A stretch of 42,925 nt of DNA. It comes from Myxococcota bacterium (GTDB lineage Bacteria; Myxococcota; UBA4151). Both the position numbers and the translations under genes were made by a program. The stretch spans positions 1-42,925 of the forward strand of contig JBDQPD010000018.1 of assembly GCA_040260805.1 (NCBI GenBank), read 5' to 3'. The notes under the pieces were generated by a model. That model did not search any database, was not told the origin of the DNA, and saw only the letters and a program-made list of their open reading frames with translations. This document shows, piece by piece, positions 9,615 to 19,648 of the stretch (positions are counted from its first letter, which is position 1; every line of letters starts with the position of its first letter).

Positions 9615-12600
9615 TTGTCCCCATCGAATGATCACCTGACCATTTCCTGTACGCCCGCCGGTAGAGGTCGAGCCATTGCTGACGCCTCCAATATAGCTGC
9701 TGCCGCCGCCGCCGCCGACGGCGTAGCCACCGCCACCGCCGTAGTAACCGCCGCCGCCGCCGGCGTCATGGTAATTGCCACGACCGCCGCCCACGCCCAA
9801 AGAGCCAGCCACGCCGCTCGTTCCAGCCGAGCCGCCGCCGTTCTGGGAGCCACCGCCACCAGGCGTTCGACCGCCGCTGTGCGACTGACCATTTGCCCCG
9901 GTCAGACCACCACCAGCGCCACCGGTGCCATGGTTCGGGCTTCCGGTATTACCCGCGCCGCCGCCGCCTGCGACGATCACGCGGTTCCCCAAGCCCTGTC
10001 CGCCACGGCGCACATCCGAAGCGCCGCCACCGCCGCCGCCATACTGACCGCCGCCGCCGCCGCAGATGTAGCCGCCACGGCCGCTCTTAACGCCCTTCTC
10101 ACCGACGAAGACATACAGGGTCTCTCCGGGGGTCACGCTCAGTGTACCCGTCGCATAACCGCCCTGACCGCCGTCCTCTTGGTCGGGCATTCCCGCGCCG
10201 ACAGAGCCGCTCCCTTGGGCGCCTCGAGCCTCGATCGTCACCGAGTTGGCGCAAGCGGGCACCACGAAGCTCTGCACGCCGCCCGAGTAGTTGAAGGTCC
10301 GACTGTCCGGGGTGCAGTTGTTCTCGCAAGTGTTCGAGCAGGCGTCGTTGTTGTTGTTGTTGCCGTCATCACACGCCTCAACGCCGACTTGTACTAGACC
10401 GTCGCCGCAGCGAGCAGCCACGCAGTTGTTGAGGCAAGAGTCGGTCTGGATGCCGTTCCCGTCATCGCAGGCTTCGACGCCCGCTTGCACCACTGAATCG
10501 CCGCAGCGAGCCGGCACGCAGTTGTTAAGGCAAGAGTCGGTCTGCGTTTGATTGCCGTCATCGCACGCTTCCACTCCGGCTTGAACCACCGAATCACCGC
10601 AACGAGCCGCCGCGCAGTTGTTCAGGCAGCCGTCGGTGTCGTCGTTGTTGCCGTCGTCACAACCTTCAACCCCCGCATGAACCACGGAATCACCACAGCG
10701 CGCAGCGGTGCAGTTGTTCAGGCAGCCGTCCGTTTGGACCTGATTTGCGTCATCGCAAGCTTCAACGCCTGCTTGGATCAAGCCGTCGCCGCAAGCTGCT
10801 GCCGTGCAGTCATTGAGGCAACCATCGGTCTGCGCCTGATTACCATCATCGCAAGCCTCATAGCCCTCTTGACCCACCTCGAGGTCGCCGCGCCTTTGGC
10901 CGTCCCCGCAGCGCGCCACTTGGCAGGTGTTCAGGCAGCTGTCCGTCTCGATTTGGTTGCCATCGTCGCAAGCCTCAACGCCCTGCTGAATAATCCCATC
11001 GCCGCAGAGCGCTCGCTCGCAGCTGTTGGTGCAGCCGTCATTGCGAACTCGGTTCCCGTCGTCGCAAGCCTCAACGCCATCCCAGGTCTGCCCGTCGCCG
11101 CAGCGCGCCGTGACGCAGAGCGTGAGGCAGGCGTCGGTGTCGACTTCGTTGCCGTCGTCGCATTCCTCGACACCGACCTGAAGGATCGCATCGCCGCAGC
11201 GAGCCAGCGCGCAGGCGTTGGTGCACGCATCGGTGTCCACCCGGTTGCCGTCATCACAGGTTTCCCCTGCGTCCACGCGGCTGTTCCCGCAGCGCTCGAC
11301 ACGGCATGCGCCATCGCAGCCGTCACCGACTCGCTCGTTGCCATCATCGCAGGCCTCGCCCTCATCGACGCGTCCGTTACCGCAGCCTTCGGTGCGGCAG
11401 ACCGCATCGCAGCCGTCGCCCGCATCCAGATTCCCGTCATCGCAGCTTTCGACCCCATCACGCAGCACGCCATCGCCGCAAGCGGCAACTAGACAGCGGT
11501 TTAGGCAGGCGTCGGTGTCGACTTGATTCCCGTCATCGCAAGCCTCAAAGCCGGGGTCCCCTTCACCGAGCCCTTGGCGTAAAATGCCATCGCCACAGCT
11601 CGCTAAACGACACGCGCTGGTGCAGGCATCGGTGTCGACATCGTTCCCGTCATCGCACGCTTCGCCTTCGTCTCGACGCCCATTGCCGCAGCGCTCACTT
11701 CGACATTCAAGGTCGCAGCCGTCACCCACCTCTTGGTTGCCGTCGTCGCAGACCTCGCCAAGATCGACACGACCGTTGCCGCAGGCTTCGATCTGGCAGG
11801 CTAGGTTGCAGCCATCACCCGCTTCTTGGTTGCCGTCATCGCAGGTCTCGCCGGGATCGCGCCGGCCGTTACCGCAGGACTCAAGCAAGCACTCGGCGTC
11901 GCAGCCATCGCCCGGCTCAAGGTTGCCATCATCACAGCCTTCGGCCAGCAGATTTCGGATCCCGTCACCGCAAGCCGCTTCCAAGCATTCATTCGTGCAG
12001 GCGTCGGTGTTGGCGCGATTGCCATCGTCACAGGGCTCACCATGGTCGAGGCGTCCATTGCCGCAGATTTCGCTCAAGCAGTCGTCAGAGCAGCCATCAC
12101 CCACGGCATTGTTTTCATCATCGCACTCTTCAGCTCCGGGTTCGCCAACGCCGAGGTCTAATCGAAGGATTCCATCGCCGCAGCGGGCTGGCTGACACCC
12201 ATCGCTGCAGGCGTCTGCAGGGTCGGCGTTGCCATCGTCGCAGAGCTCCTGACCCTCGTGCAAGAATCCATCGCCGCACACCGCCGCGGCGCAGCTGCTC
12301 AGGCAGGCGTCGGTCTCCACAACGTTGCCATCGTCGCACTGCTCACCTTCTTGGACGACGCCATCACCGCAGCTCGCGGGCTGACAGGCGTTGCAGTCAT
12401 CGGTGGCGTCGTCGTTACCATCGTCACAGCCCTCACCGGGGCCCACGACTCCGTCACCGCAGCGCGCCTCAAGGCAGTTGGTTAGGCAGGCATCTTCGTC
12501 ATTATCGTTGCCGTCATCACAAGCCTCATAGCCCTCATCGCCGGCGAGCAGGTTCGTCCGCAGAACTCCGTCGCCGCAGCGAGCGACAATGCAGCCGCGC

Positions 12601-12983
12601 AAGCAGCCGTCTGAATCCTCGGTGTTGCCATCATCGCAGGCTTCAAATCCGGGGTCACCCTCGGACAGATCCACCCGCACGATGCCGTCACCGCAGGCGG
12701 CGATCACACAAGCCGAGGTGCAGCCATCGCCGTCGTCAAGGTTACCATCATCGCACGCTTCGAAGCCGACGTCTCCCGCACCGAGATCGCTGCGAAGAGC
12801 GCCGTCGCCGCAGAGCGCCGTCTCACAGGCGGCGGTGCAGCCGTCATCGTTTGAGGTGTTGCCGTCATCGCACTGCTCTGAGCTCTCAAGCTGACCGTTT
12901 CCACAAGCAGCCGGTGTTTCTCGAACCACCACCTGATCACCGCAAGCGATGATCAGCAACGCACCCAAAACAAGTCGTCGCAT
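9612..12983 (-). CDS. Cys-rich repeat (DUF4215-type) lipoprotein with C-terminal ALK/LTK-like glycine-rich domain, array copy 4
   Basis: [30 protein letters not shown]; 26 CDD repeats; tip [57 protein letters not shown]. Confidence 0.93.
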   Translation of the reverse strand: MRRLVLGALLIIACGDQVVVRETPAACGNGQLESSEQCDDGNTSNDDGCTAACETALCGDGALRSDLGAGDVGFEACDDGNLDDGDGCTSACVIAACGDGIVRVDLSEGDPGFEACDDGNTEDSDGCLRGCIVARCGDGVLRTNLLAGDEGYEACDDGNDNDEDACLTNCLEARCGDGVVGPGEGCDDGNDDATDDCNACQPASCGDGVVQEGEQCDDGNVVETDACLSSCAAAVCGDGFLHEGQELCDDGNADPADACSDGCQPARCGDGILRLDLGVGEPGAEECDDENNAVGDGCSDDCLSEICGNGRLDHGEPCDDGNRANTDACTNECLEAACGDGIRNLLAEGCDDGNLEPGDGCDAECLLESCGNGRRDPGETCDDGNQEAGDGCNLACQIEACGNGRVDLGEVCDDGNQEVGDGCDLECRSERCGNGRRDEGEACDDGNDVDTDACTSACRLASCGDGILRQGLGEGDPGFEACDDGNQVDTDACLNRCLVAACGDGVLRDGVESCDDGNLDAGDGCDAVCRTEGCGNGRVDEGEACDDGNERVGDGCDGACRVERCGNSRVDAGETCDDGNRVDTDACTNACALARCGDAILQVGVEECDDGNEVDTDACLTLCVTARCGDGQTWDGVEACDDGNRVRNDGCTNSCERALCGDGIIQQGVEACDDGNQIETDSCLNTCQVARCGDGQRRGDLEVGQEGYEACDDGNQAQTDGCLNDCTAAACGDGLIQAGVEACDDANQVQTDGCLNNCTAARCGDSVVHAGVEGCDDGNNDDTDGCLNNCAAARCGDSVVQAGVEACDDGNQTQTDSCLNNCVPARCGDSVVQAGVEACDDGNGIQTDSCLNNCVAARCGDGLVQVGVEACDDGNNNNNDACSNTCENNCTPDSRTFNYSGGVQSFVVPACANSVTIEARGAQGSGSVGAGMPDQEDGGQGGYATGTLSVTPGETLYVFVGEKGVKSGRGGYICGGGGGQYGGGGGGASDVRRGGQGLGNRVIVAGGGGAGNTGSPNHGTGGAGGGLTGANGQSHSGGRTPGGGGSQNGGGSAGTSGVAGSLGVGGGRGNYHDAGGGGGYYGGGGGYAVGGGGGSSYIGGVSNGSTSTGGRTGNGQVIIRWGQ

Positions 12984-13088
12984 ACCCTGTCCCCTCAGGT
13001 TTCCCGTAGGGAAGAAGGATCAACGATCAACACAGTAAACGCAAGCGCTGGCAAGCATCGGCAGCTAGCCTGCGCTCGAACGACAAGC

Positions 13089-13802
13089 TTAATTGGTGAT
13101 GAGGAGCACCACCATCATGCACAGATCATGGAGCCAGCGAATCGGCGTGCTGATGACCCAAGGCAGTCGAAAGACCACAAGGAGCAGGATCAAAAATCCC
13201 CAAGAACCAAGATTGGATAGGCGCTCAGCGAGCGCATCGGGAAGAAAGGGCGCCAGAACCTTCTCTCCATCAAGCGGGGCGATCGGCATCAGATTGAAGA
13301 CCGCAAGCAAGCAGTTGATGTACATGAAGCGCTGCAGGGCCCATGCGAGGGTTGCGGCGCCGCCGCTCGTGTCCAGTGAATCCAAGGCGCCGATCAGCGC
13401 CTCCTTGGGGAGGGCGCCCGAGTTGAGCAAAAGACCCAAGCCAATCGCGGCGCCAAAAGCTTGCACTAAGTTGCTACCAGGCCCGACAACAGCCACTAAA
13501 AATTCGCCCCACTTGCGCTGCAAACGGCGTCCCCAGAGCGTACGATTCCAGCGCCCAGCGTTGTACGGGACGGGGCGACCCGCAGCGACGAAGAACCCAC
13601 CAAACTGAAGCCCTAGAAAGGGGATCAGTAAGGTCCACATCGGATCTGAATGGCTGATCGGGTTGAGGGTCACTCTGCCGAGATCTGCAGCCGTCGGATC
13701 ACCGAGTTTGGTGGTCGTCCAAGCGTGCGCCCACTCGTGAATGGTGATCGACAAAACCAACAGCAAAACCGTGGCAATATTCTCGCTGGTGACTGCGTCC
13801 AC
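13089..13802 (-). CDS. Site-2 protease (peptidase M50) family intramembrane metalloprotease
   Basis: HEWAH motif, LGDPT...GRVTLNP..H.D, GP.SN, NLMPIAPLDG. The GTG start overlaps the purL stop (TAGTG). Confidence 0.92.
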   Translation of the reverse strand: MDAVTSENIATVLLLVLSITIHEWAHAWTTTKLGDPTAADLGRVTLNPISHSDPMWTLLIPFLGLQFGGFFVAAGRPVPYNAGRWNRTLWGRRLQRKWGEFLVAVVGPGSNLVQAFGAAIGLGLLLNSGALPKEALIGALDSLDTSGGAATLAWALQRFMYINCLLAVFNLMPIAPLDGEKVLAPFLPDALAERLSNLGSWGFLILLLVVFRLPWVISTPIRWLHDLCMMVVLLITN

Positions 13803-16021
13803 TAGAGCCCAACAGCCCGCTCAAAGCCCGACGCATCGACCTGCGACAGAGCCGCAACCGACAAGCCGCTGACGCCGGCGATCTCAAGCTGGTCGCCGCC
13901 CGTTTGACCAATAAAGCAAAGCGGGACACCGGCTGCAGCGCAACGCGCCTCAAGGGCTTGCTTTTGCGCTGCGGTGACGCTGACCAAAGCGCGGGCGCCG
14001 TCCTCAGCGAAGAGCGCTGTACCTAAGTCCTGATGCACGTCGGTTAGATCGTAGGTGCCGCCGATTGGCTGGTCCTGGCGAGCCGAGGCTCTTACCAACG
14101 CCATCGCCAAGCCACCGATGCTCAGATCGTGAGCCGATGAAACCGCTCGGCTCTGGACCAAATCCACCAGCAGCCCGACGAGGGCTCGCTCAGCTTCAGG
14201 CTGAAACGCTGGTGGCTTGCCCGACACACGCCCGAGCGCCGCTTTCTGATACACGCTGCCACCAAACTCACCCTTTGTTGAGCCCAGCACGGCGACGTCG
14301 AGACCTGCGGCACTAAAGACGCTGCGAACCCCATGGTCGCAATCGTCAGCCAGGCCCACCAAACCAATACTCGGTGTCGGATGGATGTCGTTGCCATCGG
14401 TGGTGTTGTAGAAGCTCACATTGCCTGACACCACCGGGCAATCGAGCACCTTCGTCGCTTCGGTGATCCCATCGACCGCCTCGCTGAATTGCCACATCAC
14501 CTCAGGGTGCTCAGGGTTACCAAAATTCATGCAGTCGGTGATCGCACGTGGCGTTGCGCCGACACAGGCGACGTTGCGCGCGCCCTCCGCCACCGCCATC
14601 GCGCCACCGGTCCAAGGATCAAGCCAGCAGTAACTCGGGTTGCAATCCGCGGTGACCGCTAGCCCCTTGCCGTTGGGCAGGCGCACCAAGGCGCCGTCTC
14701 CGCCTGGCGGTACCACGGTCCCGAGACGGACCATATGATCGTACTGCTGATACACCCACTTCTTGTCGGCGACGTTCGGATGAGCCGCTAAACGCTCGAT
14801 CCACATTGCGGCCGATTGCGCATCGAGCTTTGGAAGGGTCGTCGGGTCAAAGCTCTGCCGCGCCCCAAGATCAGCAGGCGCCGCCATCGGGCGGTGATAC
14901 ACCGGACTGGCTTCGCTCAGCGGCATCGCCGGCAGGTTCGCTTTAACCTCGCCGTCTTTGATAATCCGCACCATGCCGTCACCGGTCACCGTGCCGACGC
15001 GGGCACACTCAAGGTCCCAGCGCTCGAAAATCTCTGCGATCTCATCAACACGGTCTGGTGAGGTCACCAAGAGCATCCGCTCCTGACTCTCGCTGAGCAT
15101 CAGCTCAAACGCAGTCATGCCCGGCTCTCGGGTGGGTACTTGGTCGAGATCCATCTCAACACCAGTCCCTGCACGCCCCGCCATCTCGAAACTCGAGGAG
15201 GTCAAACCGGCCGCGCCCATGTCTTGAATGCCGACGACGGCGTCGGTTTGGAACAGCTCAAGGCAGGCTTCGAGCAGCAGCTTCTCGTAGAAGGGGTCGC
15301 CCACTTGAACGGTCGGGCGGTCCGCCTCAACCTCGGAGTCAAAGGCGCCAGACGCCATGGTGGCGCCGCCGATGCCGTCACGTCCCGTTTTCGCGCCCAC
15401 ATACAAGACCGCGTTGCCCACGCCGGAGGCGGTACCGTAAAAGATATTGTCGGCAGCCACCGTCCCGACGGTCATCGCGTTCACCAAGATGTTGCCGTTG
15501 TAGCTCTCATCAAAGGTGACTTCACCGCCGACGGTCGGCACGCCAATGCAGTTGCCGTAGCCAGCGATCCCAGCCACCACACCCTCGACCAAGCCTTTGG
15601 TCTTGGGATGATCCGGCGCGCCAAAGCGTAAGCTGTTGAGCGAAGCGATCGGTCGAGCGCCCATGGTAAAGACATCGCGCAAGATGCCACCCACTCCCGT
15701 CGCGGCGCCCTGATAAGGCTCGATAAAGCTAGGGTGGTTGTGACTCTCCATCTTAAAAGCGAGCGCCAGGCCGTCGCCGGCGTCGATGATCCCTGCGTTT
15801 TCACCTGGACCGCAGATGACCTGGGGTCCTTCGGTATGAAACCGGCGCAGGTGCGCTTTGGAGCTCTTGTACGAGCAGTGCTCGTTCCACATCGCCGAGA
15901 AGATGCCGAGCTCGGTAAAGCTTGGGACGCGCCCAAGAATCTCGACCGCTTTGGCGTACTCCTCGCTCGTCATGCCCAGGCTTTTGCCGAGCGCTTCGTT
16001 AACTTGAGGTTCATGAATCAT
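13802..16021 (-). CDS. purL: Phosphoribosylformylglycinamidine synthase subunit PurL (small type)
   Basis: [67 protein letters not shown]. Confidence 0.98.
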   Translation of the reverse strand: MIHEPQVNEALGKSLGMTSEEYAKAVEILGRVPSFTELGIFSAMWNEHCSYKSSKAHLRRFHTEGPQVICGPGENAGIIDAGDGLALAFKMESHNHPSFIEPYQGAATGVGGILRDVFTMGARPIASLNSLRFGAPDHPKTKGLVEGVVAGIAGYGNCIGVPTVGGEVTFDESYNGNILVNAMTVGTVAADNIFYGTASGVGNAVLYVGAKTGRDGIGGATMASGAFDSEVEADRPTVQVGDPFYEKLLLEACLELFQTDAVVGIQDMGAAGLTSSSFEMAGRAGTGVEMDLDQVPTREPGMTAFELMLSESQERMLLVTSPDRVDEIAEIFERWDLECARVGTVTGDGMVRIIKDGEVKANLPAMPLSEASPVYHRPMAAPADLGARQSFDPTTLPKLDAQSAAMWIERLAAHPNVADKKWVYQQYDHMVRLGTVVPPGGDGALVRLPNGKGLAVTADCNPSYCWLDPWTGGAMAVAEGARNVACVGATPRAITDCMNFGNPEHPEVMWQFSEAVDGITEATKVLDCPVVSGNVSFYNTTDGNDIHPTPSIGLVGLADDCDHGVRSVFSAAGLDVAVLGSTKGEFGGSVYQKAALGRVSGKPPAFQPEAERALVGLLVDLVQSRAVSSAHDLSIGGLAMALVRASARQDQPIGGTYDLTDVHQDLGTALFAEDGARALVSVTAAQKQALEARCAAAGVPLCFIGQTGGDQLEIAGVSGLSVAALSQVDASGFERAVGL

Positions 16022-16725
16022 CGTATTGATCCCAGCATGCTTTCAAAGAGCATCTTGCCGTCTTCGCCGCCAAGGATGCCTTCGGCGTAGCGCTCAGGGT
16101 GAGGCATCATCCCGAGGACGTTGCCTTGAGCGTTTAAAAGACCCGCTACGTTACCTCGCGCGCCATTCGGGTTGTGCTCGGCGCCGACGTCGCCGTGCTC
16201 ATCACAATATTGCAATAAGATCTGCCCGCTTTGCTCCAAGCGCGCCCACGTCTCATCATCACAGGTCCAGTTGCCCTCCATGTGGGCGATCGGGATGACC
16301 AACGGACGATCGACGCTCACCGCCTGGGTGAAGGTCGAGTCCTTACGATTCACCTTGAGATGCACCGGCTTACAGATGAACTTGCCGGACGCATTGTGGA
16401 GCATCGCACCTTCGAGCAAACCCGACTCCAACAGGATCTGAAATCCATTGCAGATCCCGATCACGCGCCCGCCTCGCTGGGCGAAGGCGATCACCGCCTC
16501 CATGATCGGCGAGAAGCGAGCGATCGCGCCGCTGCGCAGGTAATCGCCATAGGAAAATCCACCCGGAATACAGACCGCATCACAGCCTTCGGGAAGCGCC
16601 GTCTCCTTGTGCCAGACCCGCTCGACGTGGTGCCCCAAAACGTCCCCTAAGACGTGGGCGCAGTCGTCGTCGCAGTTGCTCCCCGGAAAGGTGATCACCG
16701 CCACGCGCTTGCTCACGCTTGCCAT
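16018..16725 (-). CDS. purQ: FGAM synthase glutaminase subunit PurQ
   Basis: [40 protein letters not shown]. The true start may be GTG at 16716 (GTGA overlap with the purS stop). Confidence 0.97.
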   Translation of the reverse strand: MASVSKRVAVITFPGSNCDDDCAHVLGDVLGHHVERVWHKETALPEGCDAVCIPGGFSYGDYLRSGAIARFSPIMEAVIAFAQRGGRVIGICNGFQILLESGLLEGAMLHNASGKFICKPVHLKVNRKDSTFTQAVSVDRPLVIPIAHMEGNWTCDDETWARLEQSGQILLQYCDEHGDVGAEHNPNGARGNVAGLLNAQGNVLGMMPHPERYAEGILGGEDGKMLFESMLGSIR

Positions 16726-16958
16726 GTGACACTCCAGGTCTCAATCACCGGGTTTGCCAGCAGCTTATCAGCCGCTTCTTCAACCTGTGATCTAGCCTCT
16801 TCTTGGGTCAAACCTTCAGCGATTTCGAGCTCAATTCGCTTGCCCACGCGCACCCCGCAGACAGCGGACATCCCCATGTTCGCTAGCGCGCCCTCGACGG
16901 CTTTGCCTTGAGGATCGAGCACCTTTGGATTGAGCATCACTTCAACGATTGCACGCAT
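16713..16958 (-). CDS. purS: FGAM synthase subunit PurS
   Basis: VLDPQGKAV, VRVGKRIE, LLANPVIE; first gene of purSQL. Confidence 0.96.
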   Translation of the reverse strand: MRAIVEVMLNPKVLDPQGKAVEGALANMGMSAVCGVRVGKRIELEIAEGLTQEEARSQVEEAADKLLANPVIETWSVTWQA

Positions 16959-17094
16959 GATCTATCTCCCCGCCCTACGGGCGTTGCTCCGCTAGCGCTT
17001 TGGGGGGGCTCAAACAAGCGCGCAGCGGTTCTTTGAACTAGCCAACCTGGAACGAGGCACCTATGGGGAGCCTAGTCAGACACAGGAGACCCCC

Positions 17095-18984
17095 ATGAAA
17101 CGCTCTCTTCTACTTGCTCCCGTTATGGCCCTCGCGGCCTGTGCGCACGGTAACTCAGGGCTGATGTCGCCGGTGCTGATCGAGGGCAACCCGGTCCATG
17201 GAATCGCCGACTTTGTGCCTGCGGACACTGCGTTCTTTATCGCGACAGTAAACTCACTCCCCGAGGTCATGCGCAGGCGCAGCATGACCATGGGCGCCAA
17301 GAGCCTTCAGAAGCAGCTGAGCAAGCTCATCGACAAAGCGACCAAAGAGCTCGAGCACATCGGCTCGCCATCAGAGGACTTGGGCACCCTCGACAGGCGT
17401 CGCCGCAATGCGATGAAAGCGCAGGCGCAGCTGCAGATCGATCGCTACACCCCGCTCCACAGGCTCTTCGTTGAGCTCAGCGCTGACGGCGGGATCGAGC
17501 GCTTTGGCTTGAGCGATGACCTCAAGGGTATGGTGTACGCTCTGGGCACCACACCGGTCCTTCGGATGCGCCTTGCTGACCCTGAAAAATTTGATGGCAA
17601 GCTGCTCGATTTGCTCTCGCAGTACGAGGTCACTTGGGAAGCTAAGAAGGCTGGCAGCCAAAGCTTTCGAGTGCTTCAGATCCCCATGCAGCATGACGAG
17701 CCACAGCTCAGGGTGATCCAACTCTATCACCGCGGTGACTTGGTCCTATCGGTGAGCGCTGAAGGTCACGCTGCTGCGCTCGTCCCGTGGCTCATAGGAC
17801 ACCACCCGCCGGCGCAAAGATTAGCTCAAAGCAAGCGACTCAACGATCTGCTCAAAGGCGCCCTCAAAGGTCAGACCCGTTACGTGGTCGGCGCGCTCAA
17901 TGCAGGCGGATTGGTTAAAGCGGTCCAGACCCAGCACCCCCACCCTGACTTGGGATCAGATACTCTGCGCGCAGAGATCGAAAAGAATCCCAACGCGGCG
18001 GCAAGAGTTGATCAAGGCATGGCTCAAGCGACTTTGGTCACGAGCCTGTTCGGCGAGAGCACGGTGGTGGGCGATATCAGCTCAGCTGGCGTCATGACCA
18101 CGCGCCTCGATCAAGGGCTCTCTCCGATGCTCAAGAGCGTGGCGGCACTCGGCGTCGCCATCCCAGGCCCTCAGACCTTAGAAAACATGCGGTTTGACTT
18201 GAGCTTCGGCGTTGACCTGGCTCGACTCTCGAGAGACCTGCCCAAGGAGCTCCAAGCCCATATCGACGAGCAAGCAAAGGCCGGCATGGTGACCACCAAA
18301 ACGTCGGCTTCCGGAGAGCGCCAAGCAGCCGCTAAAGAGCAGCCGCTCATCAAGCTGCCGAAGGTGGGGTTCATCCCCCCTGTGGTCACGCAACACCTCG
18401 GCGCTCGAATTTCGCTGCTGGATGTGAACCTTAAGGCTGAGTCGATCTTGAGCCTGATCGGCAGCTTGAAGCTGATCGTCGTCCTCGGCTCTAAGAACCC
18501 GGACGTCTTAATGCAAATGGCGGGTCAGATGAGACCGCTCGCTCGAGCCTTGAGCGGTCTTGAGGTCCCCAGCGATGGCACCCCAGTCTCGCTCGACGGC
18601 AGGGTCCCGCTACCCGGTGCCTACATCGCCAAAACCGATCGCGCCCTGGCGCTTAGCTTTGGACCGGGTAGCGCCGAGAAGATGACGCAATGGCTCAAAG
18701 CCAAACCCGTCGCTAACCCGCCGGTCATGACCTTAAACATCGATCAGACCTTGATCACCGACGGGATTAAGCGACTGCTGTCGGAGATGAGTAAAAAAAT
18801 GTCGGCTCAGCCGCGGGTCAGTGCGAGTCAGAAGCTACAAAAAGAGATGCTTGAGGAGTTGTCCGAGTCGGCAGTCTTTATGGGCTCGACTTCGATGACG
18901 TTGCGGAGCTCGGAGCGTGGCTTCACCATGGAGATGACGCAGGATGTAAAAGAACTCCTTACACCAGAGCGGTCGAGCGACTAG
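17095..18984 (+). CDS. Hypothetical lipoprotein (629 aa)
   Basis: AGGAG SD; MKRSLLLAPVMALAA-C lipobox; long uninterrupted ORF; no family recognised. Confidence 0.82.
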   Translation: MKRSLLLAPVMALAACAHGNSGLMSPVLIEGNPVHGIADFVPADTAFFIATVNSLPEVMRRRSMTMGAKSLQKQLSKLIDKATKELEHIGSPSEDLGTLDRRRRNAMKAQAQLQIDRYTPLHRLFVELSADGGIERFGLSDDLKGMVYALGTTPVLRMRLADPEKFDGKLLDLLSQYEVTWEAKKAGSQSFRVLQIPMQHDEPQLRVIQLYHRGDLVLSVSAEGHAAALVPWLIGHHPPAQRLAQSKRLNDLLKGALKGQTRYVVGALNAGGLVKAVQTQHPHPDLGSDTLRAEIEKNPNAAARVDQGMAQATLVTSLFGESTVVGDISSAGVMTTRLDQGLSPMLKSVAALGVAIPGPQTLENMRFDLSFGVDLARLSRDLPKELQAHIDEQAKAGMVTTKTSASGERQAAAKEQPLIKLPKVGFIPPVVTQHLGARISLLDVNLKAESILSLIGSLKLIVVLGSKNPDVLMQMAGQMRPLARALSGLEVPSDGTPVSLDGRVPLPGAYIAKTDRALALSFGPGSAEKMTQWLKAKPVANPPVMTLNIDQTLITDGIKRLLSEMSKKMSAQPRVSASQKLQKEMLEELSESAVFMGSTSMTLRSSERGFTMEMTQDVKELLTPERSSD

Positions 18985-19030
18985 CCAGAGCCCCTCGATC
19001 GCGGCTATTCTCCTTTAGGAGGGTTTCGTT

Positions 19031-19648
19031 CTGCGCATCTTGTCGATCATCTTAGCTCTGACTTTGGCGCTGCCTGGCGTCACGCCGATCGCTATGGCGC
19101 AAACGCCCGGAGTCTTTGAAGGCTCAGAGGGAACGTTGATCGCTCAGTCTCGGCGACGGCGACGGCGACGGCGCGGGCGACGCTCAACCGCGCCGAAGCC
19201 CAAACCGAAAGCAAAGGCTGAAGCTGAGGCGAAGGACAAAGACGCCAACAAGCCGGACGTCAAGGCGAAGAAGAAGAAGAAAGCCAAGGCGGCGAAAAAG
19301 AAGGCTGCGAAGAAGAAGGTCACGAAGAAAAAGAAAAAGAAGAAGGCGCCTAAAGTGGCGAACGTTAAGGGCCCCTTCCTACCCAAGAACTTCGGGAAGA
19401 TTGTCATGTACTCCGGAGTGGGTTTGACCGCCGTGGGACTCGGCGTTGCCGGCTGGGGCGCTAGTGTTCACAACGGCGCCGTCGCCGAGCGCCACACCTT
19501 GCAGGACCGTGAGGCGAACAACGACAACCAGATGCAGGCGTTTTATGATCTGCACTCGGACATGGAGACCGGAAAGTTGATCCATTTTACCGGCTTGGGC
19601 ATCGCCGGCTTTGCTGCGTTGACCGCTGCGGTAGGTAGCCTCTTATGA
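19031..19648 (+). CDS. Exported Lys/Arg-rich protein with C-terminal hydrophobic Gly-rich helices
   Basis: The ORF track starts it at TTG 19040, but SD AGGAGG (19017-19022) is optimally spaced to the in-frame CTG at 19031. Signal peptide ending AMA-Q, then R7 and K-rich tracts and two hydrophobic helices. ATGA overlap with the next gene. Confidence 0.78.
   Translation: MRILSIILALTLALPGVTPIAMAQTPGVFEGSEGTLIAQSRRRRRRRRGRRSTAPKPKPKAKAEAEAKDKDANKPDVKAKKKKKAKAAKKKAAKKKVTKKKKKKKAPKVANVKGPFLPKNFGKIVMYSGVGLTAVGLGVAGWGASVHNGAVAERHTLQDREANNDNQMQAFYDLHSDMETGKLIHFTGLGIAGFAALTAAVGSLL

Noticed and set aside
10345..10362. (GTT)n tract, and (GCC)n tracts at ~2890-2960 and ~9700-10070, as phase-variation loci
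   Set aside because: Triplet repeats encoding poly-Asn and poly-Gly; slippage would keep the frame.
11306..12952. 548-aa plus-strand Arg/His-rich ORF and many similar ORFs over the repeat genes (2696..3835, 10548..11492, 9615..10397)
   Set aside because: Antisense or alternate-frame shadows of GC-rich repetitive CDSs; low complexity, no SD, no family motifs.
2795..12983. Diversity-generating retroelement or shufflon driving tip variation
   Set aside because: No reverse transcriptase or recombinase, no near-identical TR/VR pair differing at adenines, and no inverted cassettes in the window.
16959..17094. ZTP (pfl) riboswitch upstream of purS, suggested by the hairpin CGCCC-GTA-GGGCG near the SD
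   Set aside because: The conserved GACUGGCG and CGCCUGGG pseudoknot elements are absent; an Infernal scan against Rfam would be decisive.
19150..19180. Twin-arginine (Tat) signal in SRRRRRRR
   Set aside because: It follows rather than precedes the hydrophobic region and lacks the FLK-type context.
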